Source of the DNA: Utricularia gibba
Lineage: Eukaryota; Plantae; Magnoliophyta
NCBI GenBank assembly: GCA_002189035.1
Contig: CM007992.1
Span: forward strand, 62,001-126,000
Length of the DNA stretch: 64,000 nucleotides
Direction of reading: 5' to 3'
Both the position numbers and the translations under genes were made by a program. Below, in pieces: positions 1-17,010 of this stretch (within the stretch, counting starts at the first letter, position 1; every line of letters begins with the position of its first letter). Below the pieces are notes generated by a model. It worked only from the letters and a program-made list of their open reading frames with translations, searched no databases and was not told the DNA's origin.

Positions 1-251
1 TGAGTGAAAGATTCTTCTTCCATTTTTTTTGTTTGCTGACACAGTATATGATCGATGGATGACTATGCCATACTGAATAACTCTTTTTCCTCCTTGTGAA
101 TAATGTGCAACGTGTTATGTTGACATTCTCTTTTATTGTCATGGTACATCCCTTGCACATTCCAAAGATTGCATACCTCTCCTTGCCATCACGGTGTAGG
201 ATATTTTACTTGATTCATGGTAATTGGTGCACAATGTCTGCACATTTTTAG

Positions 252-3200
252 GCTTCTGTGGCATGGCCATCAGGTGATGTACAGTCAACTAACGTCATGG
301 CTGGTATATGGATTCCTTCATGACTATTACGGAGAGTTTTTTATTAGCAGGTAGAACTTTTTGTTGCATGCTTTCTGTTTTCAATTTCTACCTTCATGCA
401 TCTGATGCACTTCAGTTCTCCATGCAGACAAGAAGATAAAGATTCCGAGCATGATTTGAATGCAAAGACAGTGGATAAGTTGGGACGCATGACCATTGAC
501 GATGCATCTCTTGCTGATTGGCATCTAGGCTTCCATATTTCTTTGGTATGCATATTTTTGTTATCTGCTGTCAATGTTAACTATTAGTTTTTGGTATGTG
601 TGCGCTTTTTTTAAAAAAAAATTTCTCTGGAATTTATGTAGAATTATGTCAAAAAATTGATGGACTTCATATCATTGACTCTTTTTTTGTTTCTCGGGCA
701 TATCCTGCATTTTGTTGCCTGAACTATCTCGAGCATCTACCGTAGAATCTAAATCATAAAAATAAAAAAATGACCATGTATCTTCACTTGTATTGGAGGG
801 TTGACCCAAAAATATATATATACATTTTTTTCAGGATATGCTTCCAGATTACATATCAATGGATGTTGCTGAAGCTATTCTGTTTGCTGGAAAAGCTATT
901 CGAGTCCTTAGAAATCCGATTCCTGCCTTCCAGTTAAGGGAATCATCAATCAATCAGCAGGTACACAAGGGATCACAACGGTTTCCTGAACGTAGAGGAA
1001 GAATTTCTCCTGATGATCCTTCTGCCCAGTGTATGCTGGTTGGAGATGTGTTATTTCCTCAATCTGAGGCCAACAAAATTGAGGCGATGATTCAAAAATT
1101 GAGGGTATTCATTTTTTACTACCAAATTGCTGTTATATATATATATTTTTAATCGTTTTTGTTGGATTATTTTCTCTTCGTGTATTTCTCTAGCTGTCAT
1201 ACATTAATATCATGATTTTCCTTCTTGGGCATAGTAATTCGTCTTTACCTGCAGGAATCTTCAGAATTCCACAAGAGATCTTTTGACACAGCTATTGACT
1301 CAATCAAGGCTATTGCAGCAAGTCATCTATGGCAGGTCTTGTTTCTAAAATGTATTTTCATTTTTTCTTGAAAAAATGATTATTTTTTTTAATCATATAT
1401 ACAGCTCGTTTTTGATTGTGCTGACTTGAATGGCCACTTGAAAGCACTCAAAGATTATTTCCTATTAGCGAAAGGGGATTTTTTTCAGGTAATATATTTT
1501 TCTCATATTTTAGATCTTGCCAAACAGAGCATGTATCACTAGTGTTGTTTTCATTGACCGTGGTAGTATTTTTCTTTTTTTACTGTAGAGTTTTCTTGAG
1601 GAGAGTCGCTCACTGATGCAACTGCCACCACGCCAGTCCACGGCTGAAGCTGATCTTATGGTTCCATTTCAACTGGTAATTTTATGAATACCACCTGAAC
1701 CAATTGAAATTTTGGAGGCTTAGTTTGGTGGCAGATTATTCCTGCTATTTTTTTGGTGGATTGCATATTCTTCTTGTGCTGATACACTGCACATTGAGCT
1801 TGATGGCATCTTTAGACCTCTGAGTTTTATCCAAAGGGAGTTATTATGTGGTCATAATTATAACAGCGTTGTGCCTAGCGTTTTTGGATTTTACTATTCA
1901 CGAACTGGTGTGAATGAATTGTGTTTTGCACAGGCTGCATTAAAGACTATTGGGGAAGAAGATAAATATTTCTCTCGACTTTCGATACGGTATGAATTCT
2001 CTCATTTTTCTTTCTATTTTTATTAGTATATTAAAAAATTTGCCTTTTCTTTTCAACCCCAGGATGCCAGGAATCACTCTGAAGTCCTCCCATGTTGAGA
2101 TTCTAAAACCAAAAGCTTTCAGTGATGGAGAGCTCGGTGTACAACTTGAAACTTCTCACCAGTTGTTGCTTGATGGTTGGGATGGCATTTCGCTTAATTA
2201 CGCTGTTGACTGGCCGTTACATTTGTTTTTCACTCAGGAAGTGCTCTCCAAGTAAGTCAGTGTCGATCTAGTCATCTACTCTAAATGATGCTGAAACTCC
2301 TGTTCGCAATTTTATGTTGAACAGAACTGAAATTGCTCATATGCTAATGTGTATATTTCATGCCTGTATGATATGGCCTGGCTGCTGTGCCTTTATGATC
2401 ACTACTCGGGTTGTGAGATCTTGTGTTTGTCGGGGGTTGCAATAGTTCCAAACAGCACAAAAGTGTCGTCCTGAAAAAGGAAGCAGCAGATGATAGTCAA
2501 GGAATGCTGGGGCAATAATAGGGAAACACTAAGGGGAAAAGAAAATTGATAGAGGCTGCCCCCCTGCAGTTTCCTTTCGGATTTAGTGTTTTGTTTTAAA
2601 GCTGCTCTCCCCGTTCTTCCTGCTTCCGTATACACCTCCATGTGCCTTAGAACATCGTCTGGTTGGTGGCATTCGTGCTTTTGTAGTTGACATTGATCTG
2701 CCTAGAGCACAGAGCTCCATGTTTTTTGTAAAATTTTATATGCCCCGTTGCTTTGCTTTCCTTCGTGGCTTCTTTAGTTGATGGATGGTGGCTCTCTTCG
2801 AAATCATGTCATCATTTGTGTCAGTAGCCTGTTGGCTTCGAGACTCATCAACCTTTTTGCTTGCTAAGCTCAAGAGTATGTTTGAATTCGTGTATTTAGA
2901 GGCACATTGACGGATGAAGCGACCTTTCCTTTCTATCTGTAATGGTGGTCCAGGTATTTGAAGATCTTTCAGTACTTGCTTCGACTAAAACGAACTCAGC
3001 TGGAACTTGAAAAATCATGGGCGTCTGCTATGCAACGAGACCATTCTGATCTATCCAAAGTTCAGAATGGTGAAATGATTGGTCCAAAATCAAAGCTCAG
3101 GCAGCAAGGTTTTAGGCCAATGTGGCGTGTCAGAGAACATATGGCCTTCCTTATCAGAAATCTTCAATTCTATATCCAGGTTGCTCAATCTATAGATACA

Positions 3201-4137
3201 TTCAATGTTTTCTTGTGCTTATTTAATTTGTATTCCAATTGTTCTTTATTAAATCCGAGAGTTGATTAAGAATAAAGCATGGAGCCACAACTCCAAGGAG
3301 AAATTCAGCTACTGTGAAGTTGTTACTTGATTTCCTTTTGTGCATATGGAGAACGACCTTCACATTCGTTGCTCTAAATGTTAATTAATATCAACTGCTA
3401 AGTACCTGGTGGTGCAATTTTTTAGGTGGACGTGATAGAGTCTCAGTGGAATGCACTGCAAGCTCATATTCAGAATTCTCGTGACTTTACAGAGTTGGTG
3501 GGCTTCCATCAAGAGTAAGTGGGTTTGATATCCACGTGTTGTTTTTACTAGGACTTAATAATGTATTTTTTCCCGTGGTGTCAGTTCATCTGTGACACGA
3601 CTTGCATGATTCTGTTATGCTTACAGGTACTTGTCCGCGCTAATTTCACAATCTTTTTTGGATATTGGATCTGTATCCCGTATTCTGGATGGCATCGTCA
3701 AACTTTGCATGCAGTTTTGCTGGAAGATGGAAAATCAAGATGGCAAAGAGAGCCGCCGTGAACTGGAGCACATAGCTGAGGTTGGCTGGAAATATTTCTC
3801 ATGAGCTTAGGGGATTGCATTACGTTCTATTATATCATTTAATGTTCTAATTCCGAATTTGGATCTTCGCTTTGTTAGGAGTTTCATAAGAAATCAAATT
3901 CATTATACACGATACTCCGCAGCAGCAGAATTGCTGGGAGCCAGCGAGCTCCTTTCCTTAGGCGCTTCCTTTTGCGGCTCAACTTCAATTCATTCTTTGA
4001 GGTGAAACATTTTCTAATCATGAGCGTTTCATGCCTTGCTGTTATGAATCCTGACATTCGTATGCTGTTTTCTGCAGGCAACCGCTAGAGGTGTTTTGAA
4101 TGTTGTGAGGCCTCGTCCTTCCGTTGGTCAGAAGTGA
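252..4137 (+). CDS. GCP4: Gamma-tubulin complex component 4, 3' part (gene starts upstream of window); multi-exon
   Basis: Spliced GT-AG exons read LLWHGHQVMYSQLTSW, DMLPDYISMDVAEAILFAGKAIRVLRNP, KIFQYLLRLKRTQLELEKSW and VDVIESQWNALQAHIQ. The last exon 4078-4137 reads ATARGVLNVVRPRPSVGQK*, matching the plant GCP4 C-terminus. Confidence 0.92.
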
Positions 4138-6456
4138 CGTGAGTGCTGACTGGCATGGCCTGGCTGGATGTCTTTAATGATCGAGTATATTATATTTCAG
4201 TTCTGCTGTAGGGAGGATATTTTGATGTAAATTATTATGCGGTACAACGCAGGATTAGAGAACGAACGTGTGCGTAGTCCGTCGGGCTATCCAAGAACAA
4301 TAGGCGCATGGCACGACTAGGATTTCAGGGTTTAGGATTGATTAGGTGTTTGGGGTTTAATGTTCAATAGTGGCTTCGGTAGGTTTGCTGGCGTCGAAGG
4401 GCTGCGCGCTTGCTGTCTTGTTAAATCTGTCGTTGAAGATAGATGGTGGCCACTCATCAAAACTACAATTCCGAAACCTATCCAGGCAAGATTATGTTTG
4501 TGTTAAAAATTCCAAAGCTGTATCTGGAAGGGATTGTGACACATTTTGTTTGGATCCACAGTACCCCGTTTCGGAGACCGGATTCCAATTTCAGCAATCA
4601 CTTGTGGAAGCGCTTTATGGATTAAACATCCTGGATCGTCTCCGTGGTTTGATGGAGGTAATCAAGACCCTGACTGAGCCGAGTACTTCCAAAAACAGGA
4701 AAGCGGAGTAACAACTTCTGGTAAGAGTCAACACTGTTTCAACCTGGTCGATTTTTGATCTGGCAACGAAAATGGGCTTTAAACAATCTTAGTCTCCACT
4801 TAGTGCCTCGTTGCATTCTTTAGCATGATAAATAAGTAAATACGAACATTAGATTCGTAAACCTAGAGGTGGTAACATCAGGGCAGGTCCCAACAAGGAA
4901 CGGCAGGGGATGCATACAAGGCCCGGAATAAAGATGAACTTCAATAGGTTCAGACCTTTACTGGATTTAAATGATCTTTTTCAGTCCTCCCCTGCAACCT
5001 AGTAGAGAGAGTGGAAATTTCGTGAGTTTCAGACAAAGATTTGAGGTTGGCGGCAGCAACTGACCGCATCTCTGTTCCAAATGTCAGCAACTTACCCATT
5101 CTGTAATGATGTGGCGTCCCAGAGTCAGGAGGGAAGGGGGTTGTGGCTAACACGAGCGACCAGTGCCATTCATGAGGAAGGCGGATACGTGGATATGAGT
5201 TACAGCTAGTGAATCTGGCCCCTTTTACAGCTATCACAAGCGACGAAAGTGGTTGGCGTTCAGGGGGACTGCAGCAATGGGCAAGTGCTCTGTGGACGGT
5301 CACGGACTGTGACAGAATGGGTTCACTCGATGGTTAAGATTAGATCATCCATGGGTGTGGAATTCCATTTAGAGAGTCGCTGGCGTGCATGCATATAGAT
5401 GGACAGGACACCGGCACGGCACGGGCGCGCGCTGCCCGCACTCTGCTGTCGGATAGCTGCCACGTGACCTTTTAATAATAACCACTGTGCACGGATAGCT
5501 TTTGAGGAGACTGGTAAGCATCCCATGACTTGGCTGCTTCCTCTTGGTGTCAATTAACAGAGACGATGCGTTCTGTTTCGATGAGGCTGGGATTCGGTTG
5601 TTTGATGGAGTGATCCAATCCCAGGTGCGTCGTTATTTCAACTTGCTTGTAATCAAAATAAAAAAAGGAGTCTATTAATGAAGGTGGCGACAAGACACAA
5701 CCTCACGCGCCCGCCCCCGTGGATGGATGGATGTCCTGTTTTCTCTTCAACTGCGTTCTGATGTTTCACAGGTTCCACCTTTAACAAGCTGCATTCAATT
5801 CAATTGAGATTAGAGCGAGTGTACAACAATCGCTAGGAGTTAGTGTGGGAAGGGGATTTGGCGGTCATATTGCTCTTAATTACCAGCTGGGGGTTGCTGA
5901 CATTTGTGGTGACACTTGAAGGAAGAGCAAGTGGGCGTTAAAAGAAGAAGAAAAGCCTTCTTTTTGTTGAACATACACACGAAAAAAGGCTTTAACTTTG
6001 ACGTCCCATGAGAGGATAAGGCAAAAAGGGGCGCCTTCGATTCCGCTCCGGATTCGCATGTCTTTTTTATTTACTTCCTGCCGTGAATTAACATTTGCAG
6101 AAATACGTGTCCTCCGGGAGGGGGGAAAATAGTGGAAGGAGGAGGAGGAGGAAAAAAAGGTGAAAAAAGGTCTGGAGTCAGACCAATGAATAAGGGCCAA
6201 ATACCTCTATAGTCATCTTGGTCACAGATCCCATCCATTCCATTCCACTGCAACTAGGGAGAGAGGAAGGGGCAGTGAATGAAATGGACTGACCAAGGAT
6301 GTTTTGTCATCTTCCTCTCCATGGGTTGATGTTTCTTTCGGTGATGCGTGATGGGTTTTGACGAATTTTGTTTCCCTGGCTAGTCCTGACTTTCGCTGAC
6401 GATTCCTAAGTTTCGATTTTTTCGGAGCTTCTAGAGAGTTGGGTTCCTTCAATTCT

Positions 6457-10170
<3,714 letters not shown>

Positions 10171-10454
10171 AGACAATACTTGCAGCTTCATGCTTCCAAA
10201 TGTATTCTGAAGTTGCTGTTGGGCCACGGCGCTTTTGCAGTCACAGTTACAATTATCTTCCTTTGCATTCGTAACTGAAACAAGCGAGCAGATCATCGTC
10301 TGTGAAGCCTTCTTTGGTGGAGAAGATCATCGTTTGAATGACATGCTATAAAATTTTAGCTGTGATATTCGCAGAGTAAGTCATTTTTATTGCATGCATT
10401 GCATTTATATACAGTGGCACTAGTCGAAGCTGCCCATGCTAGTCCGGAGGCTGT

Positions 10455-10574
10455 ATATTGGATTCTTCATTGTCTTGAGTAGCGACTAAAAGAAAACAAA
10501 TCAGGAAAATCACTGAATTTTTCTGGCTGGATATTGGATTTTGCATTGTCTTGAGTAGCTGGTAAAAGGAAACA
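10455..10574. repeat. About 44-bp direct duplication, 76-bp period
   Basis: ATATTGGATT..CATTGTCTTGAGTAGC...TAAAAG.AAACA at 10455 and 10531. Confidence 0.8.
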
Positions 10575-10640
10575 GAATTCCTACTTGAAAAACAAAATGA
10601 ACGCAAACAGCATCATAAGAAATAGGAGGATCCAGACCAT

Positions 10641-13448
10641 TCAAAGACTTATAGTGATGCAGGCCTTTGATGCTTCTCCTCCTTTCCATGGCACTTCAAA
10701 TTTCACCACACCCTCACTACTCCACTCGAATCTAGTGCTGTCATCATCCAGTAACACCTTCGATGGCTTCAGAGAGGAGTAAAGCAGCAGCGTCCCTGCC
10801 CCTTTAATCACTATCACAGCAGATGCAGATTTTCCTTCAAAAGAGTGCTGCACAGATTCAACCGCTCCTCCTGTATTGAACATGTTTTCAAGCCCAAGGA
10901 CAGCGAATTCGGCATTTTCACTGAATTTGTAGACTGGCGAAACAGTTGCTATCTCAAAGGAAGAGGGCTGGAGAGTGATATTCATTTGATCATTAGCCTT
11001 CTTCAGGTGGAATGTTCCTGCTTTGTGAAGGTAAACACAGAAGAGTTCATTATCTCTGAATCTAGCAGTGAAGTCTTTGCATTCCCATTCTATGTCGTTT
11101 GGAGAGAAAGACCCTGATGCCTTCTTGTAGCATTCTGGGAACGCCTTGCTTCTGTGTTCTTCAGGGCACCATCCTGCTCCTTGACAGTTGAATACTCCGA
11201 TTACTCCTCCACACTGTTGAAACAAATGTTGAGTTCATGACAATGTGCACTGACGAAAAAAACAATATGAAGAGTGTAACAATTCTTTTTTACCTTGTTT
11301 AGGTTCCAGAGTTTAAGCAGAGTTTCACCATCCGAAAGCGGGTTTTTGAAGAGACAGTCACGCGTTGGAAGAGCAAAATGCTGGCAACTGAGTATGGTTC
11401 CATCAGGAAGCACCAACTTCCTCAGAAGCTCAAAGTTATGGGATCCCACCTTGTCACTGACATATATCGGACCTCCACAAATGGCTCTTGAACCAGCATG
11501 GAACTCCGCACAGAGATGATCAGATTGGAACATATCCCAATCAGGGTAAATGAAATGTCCCTGCCACAAACTGTTGTAACCACAGTTCACCATATGAACT
11601 CCTTGCAACCAGTAAACTCCCATTGGGTCACCATTCGGATCCTCGAACCAAAAGTCATCCCCTGCATGAAAATGATATTAAGACCATGGGTTTACCCTTC
11701 ACCTTCTACGGACTTCTTTGTTATGGTTGTAGTGCAAAAACCAATCAAGGCAAAAGATATTCCCCTTACCAACTCTAGCCATGGATATTTCATTTGTTCC
11801 CAAGAAGAAGAAGTCGTTGCACTGCTCCATGCTGGCAATGAGTCCTGTTCTTCTGAAATTCTTCCTTATTGAGTTGGTCAGGCCATCGTAATACTTCTTG
11901 GCAAGTTCCACTCTTCCTCCGTACTCTTCGGAAACATACTCCAGAGCCTGTGTGTGTAACAATATATTAACTTGGTTGCAGCTCATGAATAACCAATACA
12001 AAGGATGACCTTACTTGTATGACATCAACTTTGACTCCTGTGATACCCGCATCAGCAAGGTAAAAGTGCATTGAGTCGTACAATCCATCAGCCTGGCTTG
12101 GATGCACTAGCCCAATCCCTCCTTGTTCCACCATAACAACAGCCAGATCAGTCATAGTGTCCTCCAGACCAGCTTGCATTTTTGCCTGAACCACCTTGCT
12201 TTTCAGTTCGCTTACCCCTGGCCTCACACCACCCCATGCTCCACACAAAGCATGCCACACATAAATGTCATCCAAGTTTGGGAATTCCTTCTTCAGATCA
12301 CTCACCAAAGCCTTCAGTCCTCCTCTCTCCACGCCCTCTTTCTCCCTTAGGTAATTGATGACAGTTGCCTTCGGAAGACGAGACGCTTCTTCTTCTAATC
12401 CTTGCTCTTTGAGCGCCTTCTTCCTCTCAGCCAATTTCACCATCTCCTTGAACATCATATCATGCTTTTGCTGATCAAATTCAGGGGCATCAGGGCCTCG
12501 CATTGTTCCGGCCTGGTACTTTGCAAACTTCTCGTTCTCAGAGAACCGATAGAGCCTACAGAGCATCTGTGATCCAAGACCTGATAAATCTGTGGAGTCC
12601 TCAGAAGGGCTCTCGTGATCAAAATTGATGCTCTGCCATCCATCATCAATGATCAAGAACCTCGGTGTAATCCCACTTTCTGCAAAACTTTTAACTCCAT
12701 GCCATACTCCAACCGGCTCCACAGTGAGGTAGAAAGCATCCCAGGTGCACCAGCCAAATTTGTCGAAGATTCTGGGTGGACTTTTCTCTTCCCTCAACCT
12801 GAAAGTCCCCAAGTGAACACGAATTGCTGCAAAGGCATCACTCAGTAGAACGTAGGGATTGTCTCCAATTCGAAGAAACGCAGAGGAAGTGAAAGAGTTA
12901 GCCCTCATTTTAGTGGAACCGCTCTCAATAGAAAGCAAGACTTGACCATGGGAACCAGGGTGCATGGCGGATCGGAAGCTTCCTTCAATAATCGGGATGA
13001 TGACTACGTAGGAATTGAGCTCAGGAACTTGAAGCAAAACAATTTGAGTTTCTTTTTGGAGATCCGATCCGCTTGAACCGATCCACGCCGTCGACCACCA
13101 TGTTTTGAACCGGAAAATACTGAGGAACTTTCTGCCATTTAACCGCCCTATCGGATTCAAGATTCTGTCACAAGGGTCATCCACGGAGAGGCCTAAAAAG
13201 GCACAATTCTGTGAGTTGGAGTTCACTTGTTTCAGCAGTTGTGGAGAAGGGGGGAAATCAGAGTTACACGAGTGAGGAACAGAGGAAAAGTTTGAAAGGG
13301 TTATATTCTGAGGAACGTCGAACAGAAGAGTGACTCCATCAACGGAAATCTCTCCGTTCTCAGACAAGCAAAATCTGCATGCAGCAGCATCCCTGTCCTT
13401 GTGATGGACAATGGGAGTTTTGGTGGGAAGAACACCGGGAGGGGCCAT
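10641..13448 (-). CDS. Raffinose-synthase family GH36 galactosyltransferase, stachyose-synthase-like; 4 exons
   Basis: Starts MAPP at 13448. Motifs FGWCTWDAFY, LIIDDGWQ, VWHALCGAWGGVRP, KVDVIQ|ALEY, ASMEQCNDFF and GDDFWFEDPNGDPMGVYWLQG. Carries an STS-type central insertion. Confidence 0.88.
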
Positions 13449-13586
13449 GGAAGACAATGACAATGGGCAGGGAAATCTGCTCTGGCTGACAATGAGGAGA
13501 AGAGTCGGCTCGGGGTATAACCAAAGGTGGCAAGCTGCTCTACTGTGCTCTTCTCTTATGTAGCAGCTGGGAATTTATTTATTTAT

Positions 13587-13845
13587 TTATGAATATTTCG
13601 AAATTACCAGAAAGGAATATATGCGCGACATATGGATTTCTTGTCCATATTTCGAGACTATCCAAATGGAATGTAACAATTATTTTCACTTTCTTGATTT
13701 TTTTATGAATATTTCGAAATTATCCAAAAAGAATATTTATAGTAAATATTTCGACTTTACGGATTTGGAGACCATCCAAAAGGGAATGTAACAGCCATTT
13801 TCAATTTCTCGATTTTCTTATGAAATTATCCCGAAGGAATATATA
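13587..13845. repeat. Degenerate tandem repeat, about 116-bp unit, about 2.2 copies
   Basis: TTATGAA(TATTTCGAA)ATTA... recurs at 13587, 13703 and 13818. The GAGACxATCCAAA..GGAATGTAACA block is repeated. Confidence 0.75.
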
Positions 13846-14283
13846 TTGGTGCATGTTTCCATTTTTTTTTTCGATCATTGGGGTTCTTATCCATTTATTT
13901 ACTGCGGGGCGGGGCGGGGCGGGCGGGGCAGGGCAGCAGCAGTTGTGTTACGTGAAACGGGGGTGTGGGCCCGGATCACGTGCTGAAAGCCCGGCGCCGG
14001 ACAAAAACGCCGGTGGTCTCCTCTGACTGTTGAACATAACATAGAATAGGAATAGATAATTAAATAGTTAGACGTGATTCAAGAGGGTGGTTGCAATGGC
14101 GACGCAGCCGCAGAGGCGTTTCATTTGAATTGGAAAACGGCGACCCCACCCCTCGTGGTACCTGGTTTTATTGTAGGCGCCGGAGCTTCTTTTAAGCGGG
14201 TTCATGAACCTGCTTTGCTTTGCTTTCCAAGAGTCAGTTGGGTTTCCCAGATCCCGCTTCGCTTCTGACGTATCTCGAGACCC

Positions 14284-15018
14284 ATGTCTTCGTCTCTCCG
14301 ATCTTCACATCCGCATGTGAATGCAGCGGCAAGGAAGACGAACAAGAAAATCGAGGACGAGGGCCAGGGCCTACGTGTCCCTCCGCCTATTCCCTGGAAG
14401 GTTGAGTCTCAACACCAACTCTATTTATCCAAACTGCGGCACGCGTTGCGGCAACTCGGGCTGAGCAGCCTGTCGCCGCCGCAGAGGCGTGTCCGGGATG
14501 CGGCCTACAGAGTCCTGGCAACGACCGCGAAAGGCCGTACCAGATGGAGCCGAGCCATTCTCACTAGCCGCCGGATGAAGCTGAAGAAGTTCGTGAAGCA
14601 AGATAGCACAGCCAAACGACACCGTAAACTGATGGCAGTGATCACCACCACCGGTAACAGCGGGTTCCAGAGGAAAGTTGCTTCCTTGAAGCCCGATGGC
14701 TTACCAGCTTTCCGGAGGAAAGCTCGGCTCTTGAGCCGGTTGATCCCCGGTTGCCAAAACCAGCCTGTTGAGATGGTTCTGCGTGAGGCCATGGATTACA
14801 TACCCGCCCTGGAAATGCAGGTACCTGTTGCTCAATCTCCATCACTAATCACCATGTCTTCCTCTGAAAGTTGCCAACCTTTTCTTTTTCTGGTTTCAAC
14901 ATCGTAGGTCCGAGCCATGACTGGCTTAGTGGAGATGTTTTCAAGAGCTGGATCTTCAGCAATGGTGTCCAACACTATAGTTGGTGGTCTGGGTTCAAGC
15001 TGGATTCAACCCAGCTGA
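14284..15018 (+). CDS. Atypical non-DNA-binding bHLH (AIF/bHLH147-150/IBH1-like); 2 exons
   Basis: WKVESQHQLYLSKL, VRDAAYRVLATTAKGRTRWSRAIL and LSRLIPGC...EAMDYIPALEMQ|VRAMTGL. Intron 14821-14907. Confidence 0.88.
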
Positions 15019-17010
15019 TGGTTTTGCTTTTCTTTCTTTTTTTGCTCTGTTGTGTTTTGAAGTTACTGAACTATTCCATAGTTTACATTCAAATCCCACA
15101 CTGAGGGAGGGTCTGTTATTAGAATTGAAGCTGTGATCATGCAACCTGTCATAAGCTCCAGGTAAAAACTTTTGGTGTCCAACTCGCTCCTTTGTGTTGC
15201 TCAAAATGGGCAACGTTTCTGCTGTAAAAAATCCAGAATTGCAGCAGTCTATGGCTTGGTTATGGTTGCCGCAGGATTCATCCGTTCATTCATTCATTCA
15301 TGAAGCTCCTTGGGATTTGGAGGATCTGAGTTTGATGTTTTTCACATTACAACTGGGAGGGACAGCATCCTTAAAGGAGGAGGGACTTGCAACACTACTG
15401 CCTCTGCAGCATGTTAAATTCATGTGTCAGACCGGGAAAAAACCATTCATCCCCATCCCCTTGATAGACAGACTGTCCGTACCCCATGAATCCATAAGTT
15501 AACGGCCATGAGGCGGAATCATGAAAGCGACATGTTACTGTGGATACCGTTGAAACATGAAGGAATCAGCCACAGATTTGCTGCAGTAAGGAGCATTGCC
15601 TCACTCCCCTTCTTATATGCAGTTCTCCATGATGTGTAGCGTCTCGCCAGTTGTAAACTTGGTGGGCTTAATTTGCACAAAAGGAAGGGCTGAATTTGCA
15701 CAAGCCAGGGAGGGGGAAGACGACAGGAGCAGAAATTGAGTTGTGAGGTGAATGCGCGAGGAATGCTGTGCATGTGCCTGCCTGCCTGCCTCATCAAAAA
15801 AGGCCCCATCTTTTCCTGCAGTTAACACATGAATTTCACTAAAAGTTTATGGGCAAGACAGCAAAGAGGAAGCAGACACTTGCCATATCCACCTGTCCTC
15901 GCCCCTCTTGTCATCCATCTTCGTCCATAAAAGCACCCAACCAAAACACATGGGGGTTCCCCTGATTGATTTCCCTCTTCTTCTTCCCACTCCCTGCTAT
16001 CAGCATTCACCACCATTTACCGACACATTTATCAAGCTCTGTGAAGAGGTGAACTCACAGATGATGATGGATGGACGTTTCCTCCAAAACAATCACAAGC
16101 ACAGTCATACTCATTTCCTAGTTCTCGAAGGGAATTGGAGAGGAGACCCACCCAGCCACCTAAATTCTATACACTCCTACAGTGTAGAACGATGGATTAT
16201 CCAGAGAAGGCGACACCCTCAGCTGCATCATGATGCTTAGTGATGCACATGGGCGAGGATTATAGAAAAATGACACATGAGCCAACGAACCCAACACAGA
16301 CACACATGTCATAGTCGGAATGAAAATAAAGTGATTTTGATTTGAGCAATTGCCGCCAGTAATGGCGCAACCATTCAAGTGACTCTACTGAGCTCCACCA
16401 TCCACGCCAATGGGATCAGATTAGCCAGTTGATTGTTGACACGAGGACGTGGCAGCTACCAACACAAGGCCCTTGCCGACACCAAATTCAAGGCCCGAAC
16501 GTGTGCAGGAATCCGGGCCAACCCAAGTAGGGGTTGGCAGTTCCCAGACCAAACCCAGAGTAATCCTGGTTGGGTAATGAGTCTCACAAACCGACCGTCG
16601 GTCCAATCCGACGGTAGACTCTTTCTTGTTTTGGATGAATGGGAAGCCATTGATCTTCTTCTCTCAATTACTGGGATCTTTGACTTATCCCGCAACAATG
16701 CTAAGAGAAAGGAATAAGGATCAAATTTTTTCCCATTAAATGCTGCGGATTCCAGTTCACCGGGCAGCCGTTACCTACAAATATGTATTTAAGGATAAAA
16801 TAGCTGTAGCGGTGTATCGTGTCGGTTGCTCTTTCTAGGGTTCATCGTCACAAGTGCGTCACCTGAAACTGTATTTTGGTAATATTCTTTGGTGGCGTCT
16901 TCCTTCTTACCTACTTGGTAGATCTGCGATGGCTCGCTCCCTTTGTGCCCCGGATAGCTAGGCACCCCGAATGTTGCTGGATTCACCCTGACCTTCTGCT
17001 GCCGACAACA

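Noticed and set aside
4600-4670. EALYGL (copia RT-like) and WIKHPG..DG (RNase H-like) motifs
   Set aside because: Too short, in different frames, and with no flanking RT/integrase motifs or LTRs.
13591-13720. TATTTCGAAA repeats as heat-shock elements
   Set aside because: TTC and GAA are adjacent, lacking the 2-nt spacing of an HSE.
16060-16140. Possible C/D snoRNA box C (ATGATGA); also GTGATGA near 34368
   Set aside because: No box D at a suitable distance and no terminal stem seen.
15100-16800. ORFs of 60-110 aa between the bHLH and RWA
   Set aside because: No recognisable family, overlapping on both strands, and no consistent splice structure. Treated as UTR or regulatory DNA.
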